Below, one piece after another: positions 55,334 to 64,000 of a stretch of 64,000 nt of DNA (position 1 is the first letter of the stretch; each line of letters starts with the position of its first letter). Where the stretch lies: assembly GCA_001790445.1 (NCBI GenBank), contig MGCQ01000007.1, positions 66,608 to 130,607 on the forward strand, given 5' to 3'. Source of the stretch: Candidatus Saccharibacteria bacterium RIFCSPHIGHO2_12_FULL_41_12. Its GTDB lineage: Bacteria; Patescibacteriota; Saccharimonadia; Saccharimonadales; 2-12-FULL-41-12. Both the position numbers and the translations under genes were made by a program. The notes under the pieces were generated by a model, which was given only the letters and a program-made list of their open reading frames with translations, searched no databases and was not told where the DNA came from.

Positions 55334-57780
55334 AGTTAAGTCTTAATATTTGTCAAGAATTTAGTAGTGTTGATCTTAAAACGCTTTCAAAAGATCAATT
55401 AATTGAAAAGATCAATCAACAGATTGGAGCAACTGAGGAAGTTATTGATCTCGGTGCACAGTACCAAGGCGTTTTAGTAGCTAAAATTGTGTCCTGCGAG
55501 AAACATCCAGATGCTGACAAACTAAGTCTATGCAAAATAGATGATGGCGGAGCCAACAAGCAGGTTGCACGAGATGCCAGTGGCTATGTGCAGGTAGTTT
55601 GCGGAGCGCCAAATGCCCGCGAAGGCCTGATTGTAGCTTGGATCCCGCCTGGGGTAGTTGTGCCAAGTACTGTCAACAAAGATCCTTTGACTTTGGAAGC
55701 TAGAGAAATACGTGGACAAGTCAGCGGTGGCATGCTTGCTAGTGAGAGTGAGCTGGATATTAGTGGTGAGCACACAGGCTTGTTAGAAATTAATGCTAGC
55801 GACGAAGGCGAGGAATTAATCCATCCTGGTACTGAATTTAAAAAACTCTACGGACTTGATGATCTTGTTTTTGATGTAGAAAACAAGATGTTCACCCATC
55901 GCCCTGATCTTTTTGGACAATTGGGGCTAGCGCGAGAACTGGCAGGAATTCAGGGACTAAAATTCAATTCCCCAACCTGGTATACAGAAAATGTTAAATT
56001 CAAAGACGCCGAGAATTCGCTTGTCGTAGAAAATCAAATCCCCAAGCTCTGCGCCCGATACATGGCTGTTGCGCTGGACGGTATCAAAGTCGGTCCTAGC
56101 CCTACCTGGCTGAAAAGCAATCTACACAGACTAGGTATTCGACCAATCAATAACGTAGTAGATATCACCAACTATATGATGATTCTGACCGGTCAGCCCA
56201 TGCACGCATTCGACGCAGACAAAATATCTGGCAAGATTATCATCAGAAACCCCAAAAAGGGTGAAAAAATGACCCTGCTTGATGGCAAAGAGATAACGCT
56301 TGACACTGGGTCCATCTTGATTGCGGATGAGCAAAAACCAATAGCTCTTGGTGGTGTGATGGGGGCAAAAAACTCTGAAGTCAGCAAATCTACAACTAGA
56401 ATAATCGTTGAATGCGCTAATTTTGACATGTTTAACATTCGACGTAGCTCAATGCATTACGGGATTTTTAGTGACTCTGTGACGAGATTTACAAAAGGCC
56501 AGTCTCCCCGTCAGTGTGCAGCCGTGCTGTCTCAATCTCTCGGACTTTTTGAACAACTAACCGGTGGCAAACAAGCCAGTGATATTTGTGATGAATATGT
56601 AGTGCCAGCCAAACCAGCAAATATCGACGTAAAATTAGTTAATGAGTCGCTTGGCACAGATTTGTCGGATACAGACGTCGCCACAATACTCAATAATGTA
56701 GAAATCAATGTAGCCGCAGGGGGCAGGGGGCAACAAGTTCAGCCGCCATTTTGGCGCACAGATCTAGAAATTTATCAGGATATTATCGAGGAAGTCGGTC
56801 GGCTTTATGGATTTAACAAATTGCCAAAATCTCTACCAAGCAGAACCACCACGCCACCGATAACCAACAAAGAAGTTGAGCTTAAAAAGAATCTGAGACA
56901 AGCATTGGCGAGCTTCGGTGCAAACGAAGTTCTAACATATAATTTTGTCCATGGAAACTTACTGACCAAGGCAGGGCAGACACCGGAAAATTCATACAAA
57001 CTTCGCAATGCACTGTCCCCCGATCTAGAATATTATCGTCAGACAATTACCCCAAGTTTGTTGGACAAAGTTCACCCAAATATCAAATCCGGACACGACG
57101 AATTTGCCCTGTTCGAAATAGGCAAATCTCATAACAAAGTACATAGCAAAAAAGATGAAGTACCCCAAGAGCTTGATATGCTGGCTATGGTTTATGCTAA
57201 TAAAAAGCCAGCAAAAACAGATGGATCAGCATACTTTCAAGCCAGAAATTATCTTGATCAATTAATGGCTTCGTTTGGGCTCACCCTAGAGTACAAAACA
57301 GTCGGTGACGACATGATATTTCCCGTAACTGCTCCTTTTGATTTTAAAAGATCAGCACTGGTAACTACCAAAGAAACTAAGACGTTTATTGGCATTGTCG
57401 GTGAGTACAAACAAGAAGTTGCCAATGGCTTTAAGCTCCCAGATGTCTCAGCAGGATTTGAAATTGGCACTGCTCATATTTTAGAAGCGCTAGGCAAAAA
57501 AACCGACAGTGGTTACAAACCGCTTGGTCGTTATCCTTCCACGACGCAAGATATAACCACCAACGTTGCTGGCGGCATAAGTTACCGCGAAGTATTTGAA
57601 ACGATTAATGCCAAACTAACAGCGTCTGACTATGACTACCAGATATCACTGGTCGGTATTTATCAACCTAACAAAACTAGTCAAAAAAACATCACCTTCA
57701 AAATCACATTGTCGCGACCGGACAGAACCCTAACCACAGAAGAAGTGAACATATTGACACAATCCCTAGTTGACTATTAG
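55330..57780 (+). CDS. pheT: phenylalanine--tRNA ligase beta subunit
   Basis: 816 aa with an N-terminal tRNA-binding (OB) domain, B3/4, B5 and a C-terminal FDX-ACB-like domain. Confidence 0.95.
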   Translation: MKLSLNICQEFSSVDLKTLSKDQLIEKINQQIGATEEVIDLGAQYQGVLVAKIVSCEKHPDADKLSLCKIDDGGANKQVARDASGYVQVVCGAPNAREGLIVAWIPPGVVVPSTVNKDPLTLEAREIRGQVSGGMLASESELDISGEHTGLLEINASDEGEELIHPGTEFKKLYGLDDLVFDVENKMFTHRPDLFGQLGLARELAGIQGLKFNSPTWYTENVKFKDAENSLVVENQIPKLCARYMAVALDGIKVGPSPTWLKSNLHRLGIRPINNVVDITNYMMILTGQPMHAFDADKISGKIIIRNPKKGEKMTLLDGKEITLDTGSILIADEQKPIALGGVMGAKNSEVSKSTTRIIVECANFDMFNIRRSSMHYGIFSDSVTRFTKGQSPRQCAAVLSQSLGLFEQLTGGKQASDICDEYVVPAKPANIDVKLVNESLGTDLSDTDVATILNNVEINVAAGGRGQQVQPPFWRTDLEIYQDIIEEVGRLYGFNKLPKSLPSRTTTPPITNKEVELKKNLRQALASFGANEVLTYNFVHGNLLTKAGQTPENSYKLRNALSPDLEYYRQTITPSLLDKVHPNIKSGHDEFALFEIGKSHNKVHSKKDEVPQELDMLAMVYANKKPAKTDGSAYFQARNYLDQLMASFGLTLEYKTVGDDMIFPVTAPFDFKRSALVTTKETKTFIGIVGEYKQEVANGFKLPDVSAGFEIGTAHILEALGKKTDSGYKPLGRYPSTTQDITTNVAGGISYREVFETINAKLTASDYDYQISLVGIYQPNKTSQKNITFKITLSRPDRTLTTEEVNILTQSLVDY

Positions 57781-57806
57781 CCCAAATGGGTTTAAAATAA
57801 TAAAAC

Positions 57807-59036
57807 GTGCTACAAAAACAAAAACACACAACTATTCATGATATAAATACCGCCGATGTCGATTTGGCTCTGAGGTATATTAATGCCAAATGGGATGATT
57901 TAGTGCGATTTTACCCCGAAGACAATGACACCTTGATTGGCTTGCCTCGTCCGTACGTTATACCAAGCACAAAAAATTCATCAGGCTTTGCATTTGAGGA
58001 AATATATTACTGGGATAGTTATTTTATTGCTCAGGGACTAATCAGGTCTGGCAGGCCAGAACTAGCAGAAGGTATGCTTGAGGATTTATTGTATTTGGCC
58101 GATAGATTTGGCTCAATACCAAACGGCAGTAGATATTATTTGACAGGGAGATCACACCCGCCATTTTTGACCAGCTATATTCTTGACATCTACAAAATAA
58201 ATAATGACAAAAAATGGCTAAAAAAAGCTAAAAAAGTTGCAGAAGACGAATATGAACATGTTTGGATGAGCGACTTGCATCCAAATTGGCGGAACGTGTT
58301 CCACGGACTTAGTCGGTACTACGATATCAACGTACTGGACAAGCTTGCAGAGTGTGAAAGTGGTTGGGATATGACCACTAGGTTTAACGACGAATGTCTG
58401 AGCTACATCCCGATTGACCTGAATTGTCTGCTATACAAATACGAAATGGATTTTGCCGAAATAGCAGGGATTTTAGGGGAAGTAGCAGAGGCAGAAGTTT
58501 GGAAAATGAGGGCAAAGAACCGCACAGCAAAAGTTAGTTATTACCTTTGGGATGAAAAAAAGGGATTCTTTTTTGACTATAACTACAAAACAGATAAATT
58601 GTCAGATGTCTGGTCTTTGGCCAGCTATTATGCTTTGTGGTCCGGTCTTGCTAGCAAAGAGCAAGCAGAAAGATTAGTTGATAATCTGGACAAATTTATT
58701 TGCAAAGGAGGGCTTTCTGCAACCTCAGAACATAGCCATAGTCCATTGCCAGCTGGTCATTACCAGTGGGCTTATCCAAATGGTTGGGCGCCTTTGCACT
58801 GGATCGTTATCAGGGGGCTGGAAAAATACGGCTACAATGTTATGGCGGAGTACATCGCCACGAAGTGGATTGATACAAACACTCAATATTTTGCCGATAA
58901 TGGAATTTTCCGGGAAGCCTACAATGTTATTGATCCGGCGGCCAAGCCAGAAGAGGGGCTTTACCCACCACAAGAAGGTTATGGCTGGACAAACGCCGTC
59001 TATATTGACCTAGTAAAAGATTATCTCGACCTATAG
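57807..59036 (+). CDS. GH37 alpha,alpha-trehalase
   Basis: ECESGWDMTTRF, YQWAYPNGWAPLHW and QEGYGWTNAVY motifs. GTG start. Confidence 0.85.
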   Translation: MLQKQKHTTIHDINTADVDLALRYINAKWDDLVRFYPEDNDTLIGLPRPYVIPSTKNSSGFAFEEIYYWDSYFIAQGLIRSGRPELAEGMLEDLLYLADRFGSIPNGSRYYLTGRSHPPFLTSYILDIYKINNDKKWLKKAKKVAEDEYEHVWMSDLHPNWRNVFHGLSRYYDINVLDKLAECESGWDMTTRFNDECLSYIPIDLNCLLYKYEMDFAEIAGILGEVAEAEVWKMRAKNRTAKVSYYLWDEKKGFFFDYNYKTDKLSDVWSLASYYALWSGLASKEQAERLVDNLDKFICKGGLSATSEHSHSPLPAGHYQWAYPNGWAPLHWIVIRGLEKYGYNVMAEYIATKWIDTNTQYFADNGIFREAYNVIDPAAKPEEGLYPPQEGYGWTNAVYIDLVKDYLDL

Positions 59037-59116
59037 ATTTGTTGTAAAATATTTGATTTTTGTGTTTTGAGCAATCGAACTTGCTATAATATATTGAACT
59101 TAAGTTTGAGGGGGAT

Positions 59117-59695
59117 ATGTCAAAGGTAAAAGCAAATAGTACTAGAATATTTATTTTGGTGATGGTTGTGGCTTTTGCTGTTTCGTCGCTTTCACTGAGC
59201 GGTTTTGTTATCTGGGATATAGCAAAAGGTGGTGGCAAGAAGAAGTCGGCAACAGATAATCTGCCAGCAGAGGTCCAACAAAAATTAAACGAGCAAAAAG
59301 CTGCTCAAGCAGCAGGAGGTAATAAATTGCAAGGAACACAACTAACAGGCTTTACGCCAATAGCAAAAGTTGACAGTCTACAATCAATCGATACACAGGT
59401 CGGAACAGGAGCAGAAGTAAAGGCAGGAGGCAAGGTTACTGCGCATTACACAGGTGCTATTGCCAGCACTGGCAAGATATTCCAGAGTAGTTTAGACTCC
59501 GGACAACCATTTACTGCGTCGCTTGACGGAGTGATTAAAGGTTGGCAACAGGGCATACCTGGCATGAAAGCTGGTGGCAAAAGACGAGTGATTATTCCGG
59601 CAAGTTTGGCTTACGGGGACCAATCTCCTAGTCCTGATATCCCTGCAAATTCTGATCTAGTATTCGATATTGAACTTATTGACGTACCACAGTAG
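59117..59695 (+). CDS. membrane-anchored FKBP-type peptidyl-prolyl cis-trans isomerase
   Basis: N-terminal TM, then VTAHYTG...GKIFQSS...GVIKGWQQGIPGMKAGGKRRVIIPASLAYG...LVFDIELI. Confidence 0.9.
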   Translation: MSKVKANSTRIFILVMVVAFAVSSLSLSGFVIWDIAKGGGKKKSATDNLPAEVQQKLNEQKAAQAAGGNKLQGTQLTGFTPIAKVDSLQSIDTQVGTGAEVKAGGKVTAHYTGAIASTGKIFQSSLDSGQPFTASLDGVIKGWQQGIPGMKAGGKRRVIIPASLAYGDQSPSPDIPANSDLVFDIELIDVPQ

Positions 59696-59713
59696 TCCCC
59701 ACATGTAGCGTGC

Positions 59714-59742
59714 TTGACAATACTGTGCACACCACATATAAT
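59714..59742 (+). promoter_or_regulatory. consensus sigma70-type promoter (TTGACA-17 nt-TATAAT)
   Basis: TTGACAatactgtgcacaccacaTATAAT, 42 nt upstream of the glutaredoxin-like gene. Confidence 0.7.
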
Positions 59743-59783
59743 GTAACTAGCTAAAAAGTAAATAAAAAGAAGGGCAAAAAAAG

Positions 59784-60032
59784 ATGGCAAAAGACATCAC
59801 AATCTATACAACTAACACCTGCGCATATTGCGTTATGGTGAAAAAATGGCTAACTGCCAAAGGCAAGCCCTACCAAGAAGTCAACTTAGATGAGACACCA
59901 GAAAGAGCTGAAGAAGCTTATAAAATCAGCGGGCAACTTGCTGTGCCCGTCACAGTAGTCACAAAAGATGACGATCAAAAAGAAGTAATTATAGGATACA
60001 ACTTAGCCAAACTAGCACCAGCAGTTTCTTAG
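59784..60032 (+). CDS. glutaredoxin-like protein (NrdH/YruB type)
   Basis: 82 aa with a CAYC redox motif after the first beta strand, VPVT, and a thioredoxin fold size. Confidence 0.8.
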   Translation: MAKDITIYTTNTCAYCVMVKKWLTAKGKPYQEVNLDETPERAEEAYKISGQLAVPVTVVTKDDDQKEVIIGYNLAKLAPAVS

Positions 60033-60147
60033 CTGAAGTATGGCGAATGTTGCTTCGTCAACTCCTGTGTGCTTCGTAAGATGTACTTTTAGTACACCTT
60101 ACTGCAGTACTCGGCAGTTTTCTTGCATCACCCTGCCATATTCAGCT
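60031..60147. other. about 117-nt imperfect hairpin between the glutaredoxin-like gene and trxB
   Basis: Outer stem AGCTGAA(g)TATGGC / GCCATATTCAGCT. Inner stem GTAAGATGTACT-ttt-AGTACACCTTAC. Confidence 0.5.
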
Positions 60148-60175
60148 AAGATAAATTAAGTAGATCGGAGTAATA

Positions 60176-61114
60176 ATGAGTGAGACAGAGGATATTTGGG
60201 ATGTGTTAATGGTTGGAGCGGGACCGGCCTCGCTGTCATCTGCTATTTATACAACGCGCGAGGACCTTTCGACCGTTATTTATGAAAAGGGTGTGATAGG
60301 CGGTTTGGCATCTACGACAGATTGGATTGATAATTATCCTGGGTTTGCTGAAGGAGTGTCTGGGCTCGAGCTCGGAGAGCAATTGCAACAACAAGCCGAA
60401 CGATTTGGTGCGAAGATAGAGCTTGGTGAAGTGTTGGGCATCAAAGACGTGGGAAAATACAAAATTATCTCAACCACAGACGGAGACGTCAAAGCCAGGG
60501 CAGTACTGATCTCTACAGGTAGTGATTACAAAAGGCTTGGTATTCCAGGAGAAGCAGAATATTACGCTAAAGGTGTGCATTACTGTGCGACATGTGATGG
60601 AGCATTTTACCGCGAGAAAAGACTTGTTGTTGTTGGTGGAGGGAACTCCGCGGTGCAAGAAGCTATGTTTTTGACTAAATACGCGATTCATATCGATTTA
60701 ATAATTCGTGGCGACAAATTCAGAGCCAGCGAGGTGCTAATCCATGAACTAGACAAATTCCCCATGATAAAGGTCCATATGAACACCACAACAGATGAGA
60801 TAGTAGGCAGCGACGGTAAAGTGACAAAAGTAGTCGGAACGAATAAAAAGACAGGCAAAAAAGTCGATTTCCCTACTGATGGAGTATTTATATTCATAGG
60901 GCTTCTACCCAATACAGGGTTTTTAAAAGATACCGGGATTGAGCTTGATGAAATCGGGCTGATAAAAACAGATGAGAACTTAGAGACCAACATACCAGGG
61001 GTCTTCTGTGCAGGAGATGTACGTAGCGGTGCAACCATGCAAATAGCCAGCGCTACAGGAGAAGGAGCCACGGCTGCTCTGAAAATCCGAAAATATTTAG
61101 AAAAAAATAGCTGA
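60176..61114 (+). CDS. trxB: thioredoxin-disulfide reductase
   Basis: VGAGPAS FAD motif, redox-active CATCDG, and GGGNSAVQEA NADPH motif. Confidence 0.93.
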   Translation: MSETEDIWDVLMVGAGPASLSSAIYTTREDLSTVIYEKGVIGGLASTTDWIDNYPGFAEGVSGLELGEQLQQQAERFGAKIELGEVLGIKDVGKYKIISTTDGDVKARAVLISTGSDYKRLGIPGEAEYYAKGVHYCATCDGAFYREKRLVVVGGGNSAVQEAMFLTKYAIHIDLIIRGDKFRASEVLIHELDKFPMIKVHMNTTTDEIVGSDGKVTKVVGTNKKTGKKVDFPTDGVFIFIGLLPNTGFLKDTGIELDEIGLIKTDENLETNIPGVFCAGDVRSGATMQIASATGEGATAALKIRKYLEKNS

Positions 61115-61178
61115 AACTTGATTGACGGCGATTGATCTTACCGCTGATTAGTGGTAAGATTATTGGAATAATAAAAAT

Positions 61179-62192
61179 ATGAGTAATCCTAAAACTTACA
61201 GTATAGTTACCTTAGGTAGTCATTCAGCACTACAGATTCTTAAGGGGGCAAAAGACGAAGGGTTTAAAACGATCGCTGTGGTCAAAAAGGGCTTTGAGGA
61301 ACCTTATAGTTCTTTTAAGGTCGCAGACGAAATTATCAGCATCGATGAATACCCTGATTTTAGCAAGCTAGAGCAACAATTAATCGACAAAAACGCCATT
61401 TTGATTCCACATGGGACGCTTTTTGCGGCTTGTTCTGTAGACCAGCTAAAAGATAACAAAATGCTGTATTTTGGCGACAAAGAAGTTCTGGCTTGGGAAG
61501 AAAGTCGTATAAAACAGAGGCAGTGGCTTTTAGGGTCTGGACTGACAATGCCAAAAATATATGCTAATCCAGAAGATATTGACGAGCCAGCAATAATAAA
61601 GTTCAATGGCGCCGGTGGTGGCAAAGGATATTTCTTGGCTAAGAATAAGGTGGAATTTGAAGAAAAAATTGCTCTGCACAAAGATACAACGTACATAATT
61701 CAGCAATATATTATTGGTAATCCTATCTATATTCATTATTTTTACTCGCCACTAAATGATGAGCTAGAGATCATGAGTATGGATAAAAGATATGAGACCA
61801 ATGTTGACTCTATCGGTCGAATTAGCGCTTCTGATCAACTGGATTTGAACCTACAAACTTCATATAACATTATTGGTAATATCCCGATAGTGGCGCGTGA
61901 GTCAATGTTGGCTGAGTTCTTCAAAATGGGACGAGCCGTTGTTGACAAGTCAAAAGAGTTGACGAGCAAGGGAATGTTTGGACCATTTTGTCTGGAGATG
62001 GTAATTACACCGGATATGGAATATTTTGTGTTTGAGATTTCTGCAAGAATTGTCGCTGGATCAAATCCGTATATTGACGGGTCGCCATACACAGCTCTCC
62101 GCTACCCAGAACCGATGAGTACAGGTCGCCGTATTGCCAGAGAGATCAAAAATGCTATTGAGCAGAATAAGCTTGACAAGGTTTTAGGATGA
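61179..62192 (+). CDS. purP: archaeal-type PurP-family ATP-grasp protein (formate-dependent FAICAR synthetase-like), copy 1
   Basis: IVTLGSHSALQILKGAKDEGF, HYFYSPLNDELEIMSMDKRYETN, GNIPIVARESML and MSTGRRIAREIK align with my recollection of Methanocaldococcus PurP. Confidence 0.85.
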   Translation: MSNPKTYSIVTLGSHSALQILKGAKDEGFKTIAVVKKGFEEPYSSFKVADEIISIDEYPDFSKLEQQLIDKNAILIPHGTLFAACSVDQLKDNKMLYFGDKEVLAWEESRIKQRQWLLGSGLTMPKIYANPEDIDEPAIIKFNGAGGGKGYFLAKNKVEFEEKIALHKDTTYIIQQYIIGNPIYIHYFYSPLNDELEIMSMDKRYETNVDSIGRISASDQLDLNLQTSYNIIGNIPIVARESMLAEFFKMGRAVVDKSKELTSKGMFGPFCLEMVITPDMEYFVFEISARIVAGSNPYIDGSPYTALRYPEPMSTGRRIAREIKNAIEQNKLDKVLG

Positions 62193-63304
62193 TCACAAAA
62201 CAAGACATTTCAGCAGTACTGAGCAAATATAACAAAAATGAAATAACAATAGCTACGCTTGGCGGGCACAGTGCGCTGGATGTTTGCCGTGGGGCTCATG
62301 ACCAAGGTTTTAGAACACTTGTTGTGGCTCAGAGAGGACGCCACGAAGTCTACGAAAAGCATTACAAAACTAACGGAGATTTAGGCTGTGTTGACGAAGT
62401 ATTAGTTGTTGATAATTTTAAAGATGTGACTAGCGAGTCTGTCCAAAAAGAATTAGTTGCCCGGAATGCAATATTCATCCACAGCAGATATTTCTGGGTC
62501 TATTGTGATTATGATCAGGTAGAAAGTAACTTTTTGGTACCGATATTTGGCAACAGAATTTTGGTCAAAAAGGAAGAACGAGATGAAACGCAAAATCAAT
62601 ATTATTTGCTAGAAAAAGCTGGGATCAAGTTACCAAAGCAATTCGCTAACTACAAAGATATTGATACTTTAGTGATTGTAAAGGCGAACGAGAAAGAGCG
62701 AAGTTACGAAAGAGATTTCTTTCTAGTTGGTAGTCCACAGGAATACGAGTCGGAGATGATTAAACGCTTTGGAAACACATTTATTGAACATTCTCCAGTT
62801 ATAGAAGAATTTGTAGTTGGTCCAATGGTCAACTTGAATTTCTTTTATTCTGGTGTTGAAAAACGTCTTGAGCTGATGGGTACAGACATAAGGCGTCAGA
62901 CAAACATCGACGGACTTTTGCGACTAACAGCTCCAGAGCAAGAAAAAGTATTACAAAAAGTCCAACCAAAATATATTGAGAACGGACATATTGCAGTGAC
63001 GGTCAAAGAGTCATTGCTTGGTAAAATTTATGAACTTGGTGAGCAATTTGTAAAGGCTGTGGACGAGGTCTATCCTCCTGGGATGATCGGCCCGTTTGCA
63101 CTGCAAGGTGCGGTTACTGCAGGACCACCGACGGAAGAAATCTATATTTTTGACGTAAGTATGCGAATCCCGGGAAGTCCGGGCACAATGTTTACCCCAT
63201 ATTCAGGGTACATGCATGGTCAGCCCATGAGCTACGGCAAAAGAATAGCCGTTGAAATAAAAGAAGCCATTAATCAAAACAAATTAGAAGAAATAGTAAC
63301 ATAA
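62189..63304 (+). CDS. purP: PurP-family ATP-grasp protein, copy 2 (tandem paralog)
   Basis: ITIATLGGHSALDVCRGAHDQGF, FLVPIFGNRILVKKEER, GMIGPFALQG and MSYGKRIAVEIKEAI. ATGA overlap with copy 1. Confidence 0.85.
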   Translation: MITKQDISAVLSKYNKNEITIATLGGHSALDVCRGAHDQGFRTLVVAQRGRHEVYEKHYKTNGDLGCVDEVLVVDNFKDVTSESVQKELVARNAIFIHSRYFWVYCDYDQVESNFLVPIFGNRILVKKEERDETQNQYYLLEKAGIKLPKQFANYKDIDTLVIVKANEKERSYERDFFLVGSPQEYESEMIKRFGNTFIEHSPVIEEFVVGPMVNLNFFYSGVEKRLELMGTDIRRQTNIDGLLRLTAPEQEKVLQKVQPKYIENGHIAVTVKESLLGKIYELGEQFVKAVDEVYPPGMIGPFALQGAVTAGPPTEEIYIFDVSMRIPGSPGTMFTPYSGYMHGQPMSYGKRIAVEIKEAINQNKLEEIVT

Positions 63305-63339
63305 AATTTTAGTTTATTTTATCGATGAGGTAGAGTTTT

Positions 63340-63768
63340 TTAGTTGTGTACGTTGGCAGTTATACCTTGCTCTAACAAGGTTAATGTCTCTATTTCTTCT
63401 TCGTTTAAAGGGGGGAATGTTGCAATATCTCCGCTTAATAGTCCGTCAATAACATCTAAAGTTTGATGTGGCTCTAATTCGGCAGCTCCAGCGGTAGTGT
63501 TAACGGTGACTGACTCACCTTCTGCTAAGAGAATTGCGTGAGACGCTAGAGTTACTTTATCAGGATCATTTGATACAACAAGTTCTTTTGGCACTCTCAA
63601 AACCAAGGTTCCATCAGCAGATGACAAAACACGAACTTCATCTGTCCCAAATCCTGCATTGTCCAATACGCCAAATGCACCACAAATATCTTGATATGTG
63701 GGGGGTTTCTCAGCTTTTGCTGCAATTGTTCTTCTTGTCATAACCAACCTCCTCAAGTAATTAATCAC
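63340..63768 (-). CDS. hypothetical protein (start possibly Met10 at 63741)
   Basis: 142-aa ORF inside the segment bounded by duplicated purP 3' ends. No motif recognised. Confidence 0.4.
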   Translation of the reverse strand: MINYLRRLVMTRRTIAAKAEKPPTYQDICGAFGVLDNAGFGTDEVRVLSSADGTLVLRVPKELVVSNDPDKVTLASHAILLAEGESVTVNTTAGAAELEPHQTLDVIDGLLSGDIATFPPLNEEEIETLTLLEQGITANVHN

Positions 63769-63820
63769 TATTATAGTAAAATACTATAAATTTGTCAATT
63801 TGATGACTTGGTTACGGTTT

Positions 63821-63929
63821 GGGCACGATGGTTACCCCATATTCAGGGTACATGCATGGTCAGCCCATGAGCTACGGTAGTAGAATCGCCATAGAAATGA
63901 AATCAGCGATTGACCAAATTGTAACGTAA
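63821..63929 (+). pseudogene. displaced 3'-terminal fragment of purP copy 2
   Basis: 63821-63877 matches 63181-63237 at 55/57 nt. The continuation is a diverged homolog (SRIAIEMKSAIDQIVT* versus KRIAVEIKEAINQNKLEEIVT*). No upstream ORF body. Confidence 0.75.
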
Positions 63930-63971
63930 CCTAGCTCCCTTGCGTTAAAGCCTTGCAGGCTTTTTAATCAC

Positions 63972-64000
63972 CATACTTTCTTGTGCTAACAAGAAAGTAT
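63972..64000. repeat. palindromic hairpin copy 2 (cut by the window end)
   Basis: CATACTTTCTTGT-gcta-ACAAGAAAGTAT. Stems are identical to 40100-40129. Confidence 0.65.

Overview
AT-rich window (about 40% GC in the lines I hand-counted). It is densely packed with short, often ATGA-overlapping genes. The gene content looks like a reduced-genome, fermentative bacterium: phosphoketolase plus acetate kinase, carAB, metK behind a SAM-I riboswitch, pheST, typA, trxB, an incomplete riboflavin set, tandem archaeal-type PurP, a GH10 xylanase and a GH37 trehalase. I infer a CPR/Patescibacteria (Saccharibacteria-like) origin, but cannot prove it from sequence alone. About 70% of the window is ordinary housekeeping. 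The clearly accessory part is 25.7-38.8 kb. It holds a 10.5-kb integrative island at the 3' end of tRNA-Gln(CUG), marked by four exact copies of an 18-nt tRNA-derived core. The island carries a large serine recombinase whose ORF runs through the core, an 0.8-kb hairpin-dense non-coding stretch, and cargo ORFs I cannot assign (1067 aa; a 557/142 aa pair). Next to it sits a GC-richer MFS module bracketed by a 30-bp direct repeat. One pattern recurs: insertions occur at the 3' end of a conserved gene and come with a duplicated or replacement copy of that 3' end. This is seen at tRNA-Gln, at the pheS/pheT ATGA junction (four inserted genes, three junction copies, a 13-codon chimeric linker ORF) and at purP (a displaced 109-bp 3' fragment). 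Other signals are a 150-bp structured repeat after two genes, a 260-nt extended hairpin in a 730-bp gene-free gap, a RAYT flanked by REP-like hairpins, TATAAT boxes 6-7 nt from start codons (leaderless mRNAs) and a response regulator that seems to start at ATT. No rRNA or CRISPR array was seen.
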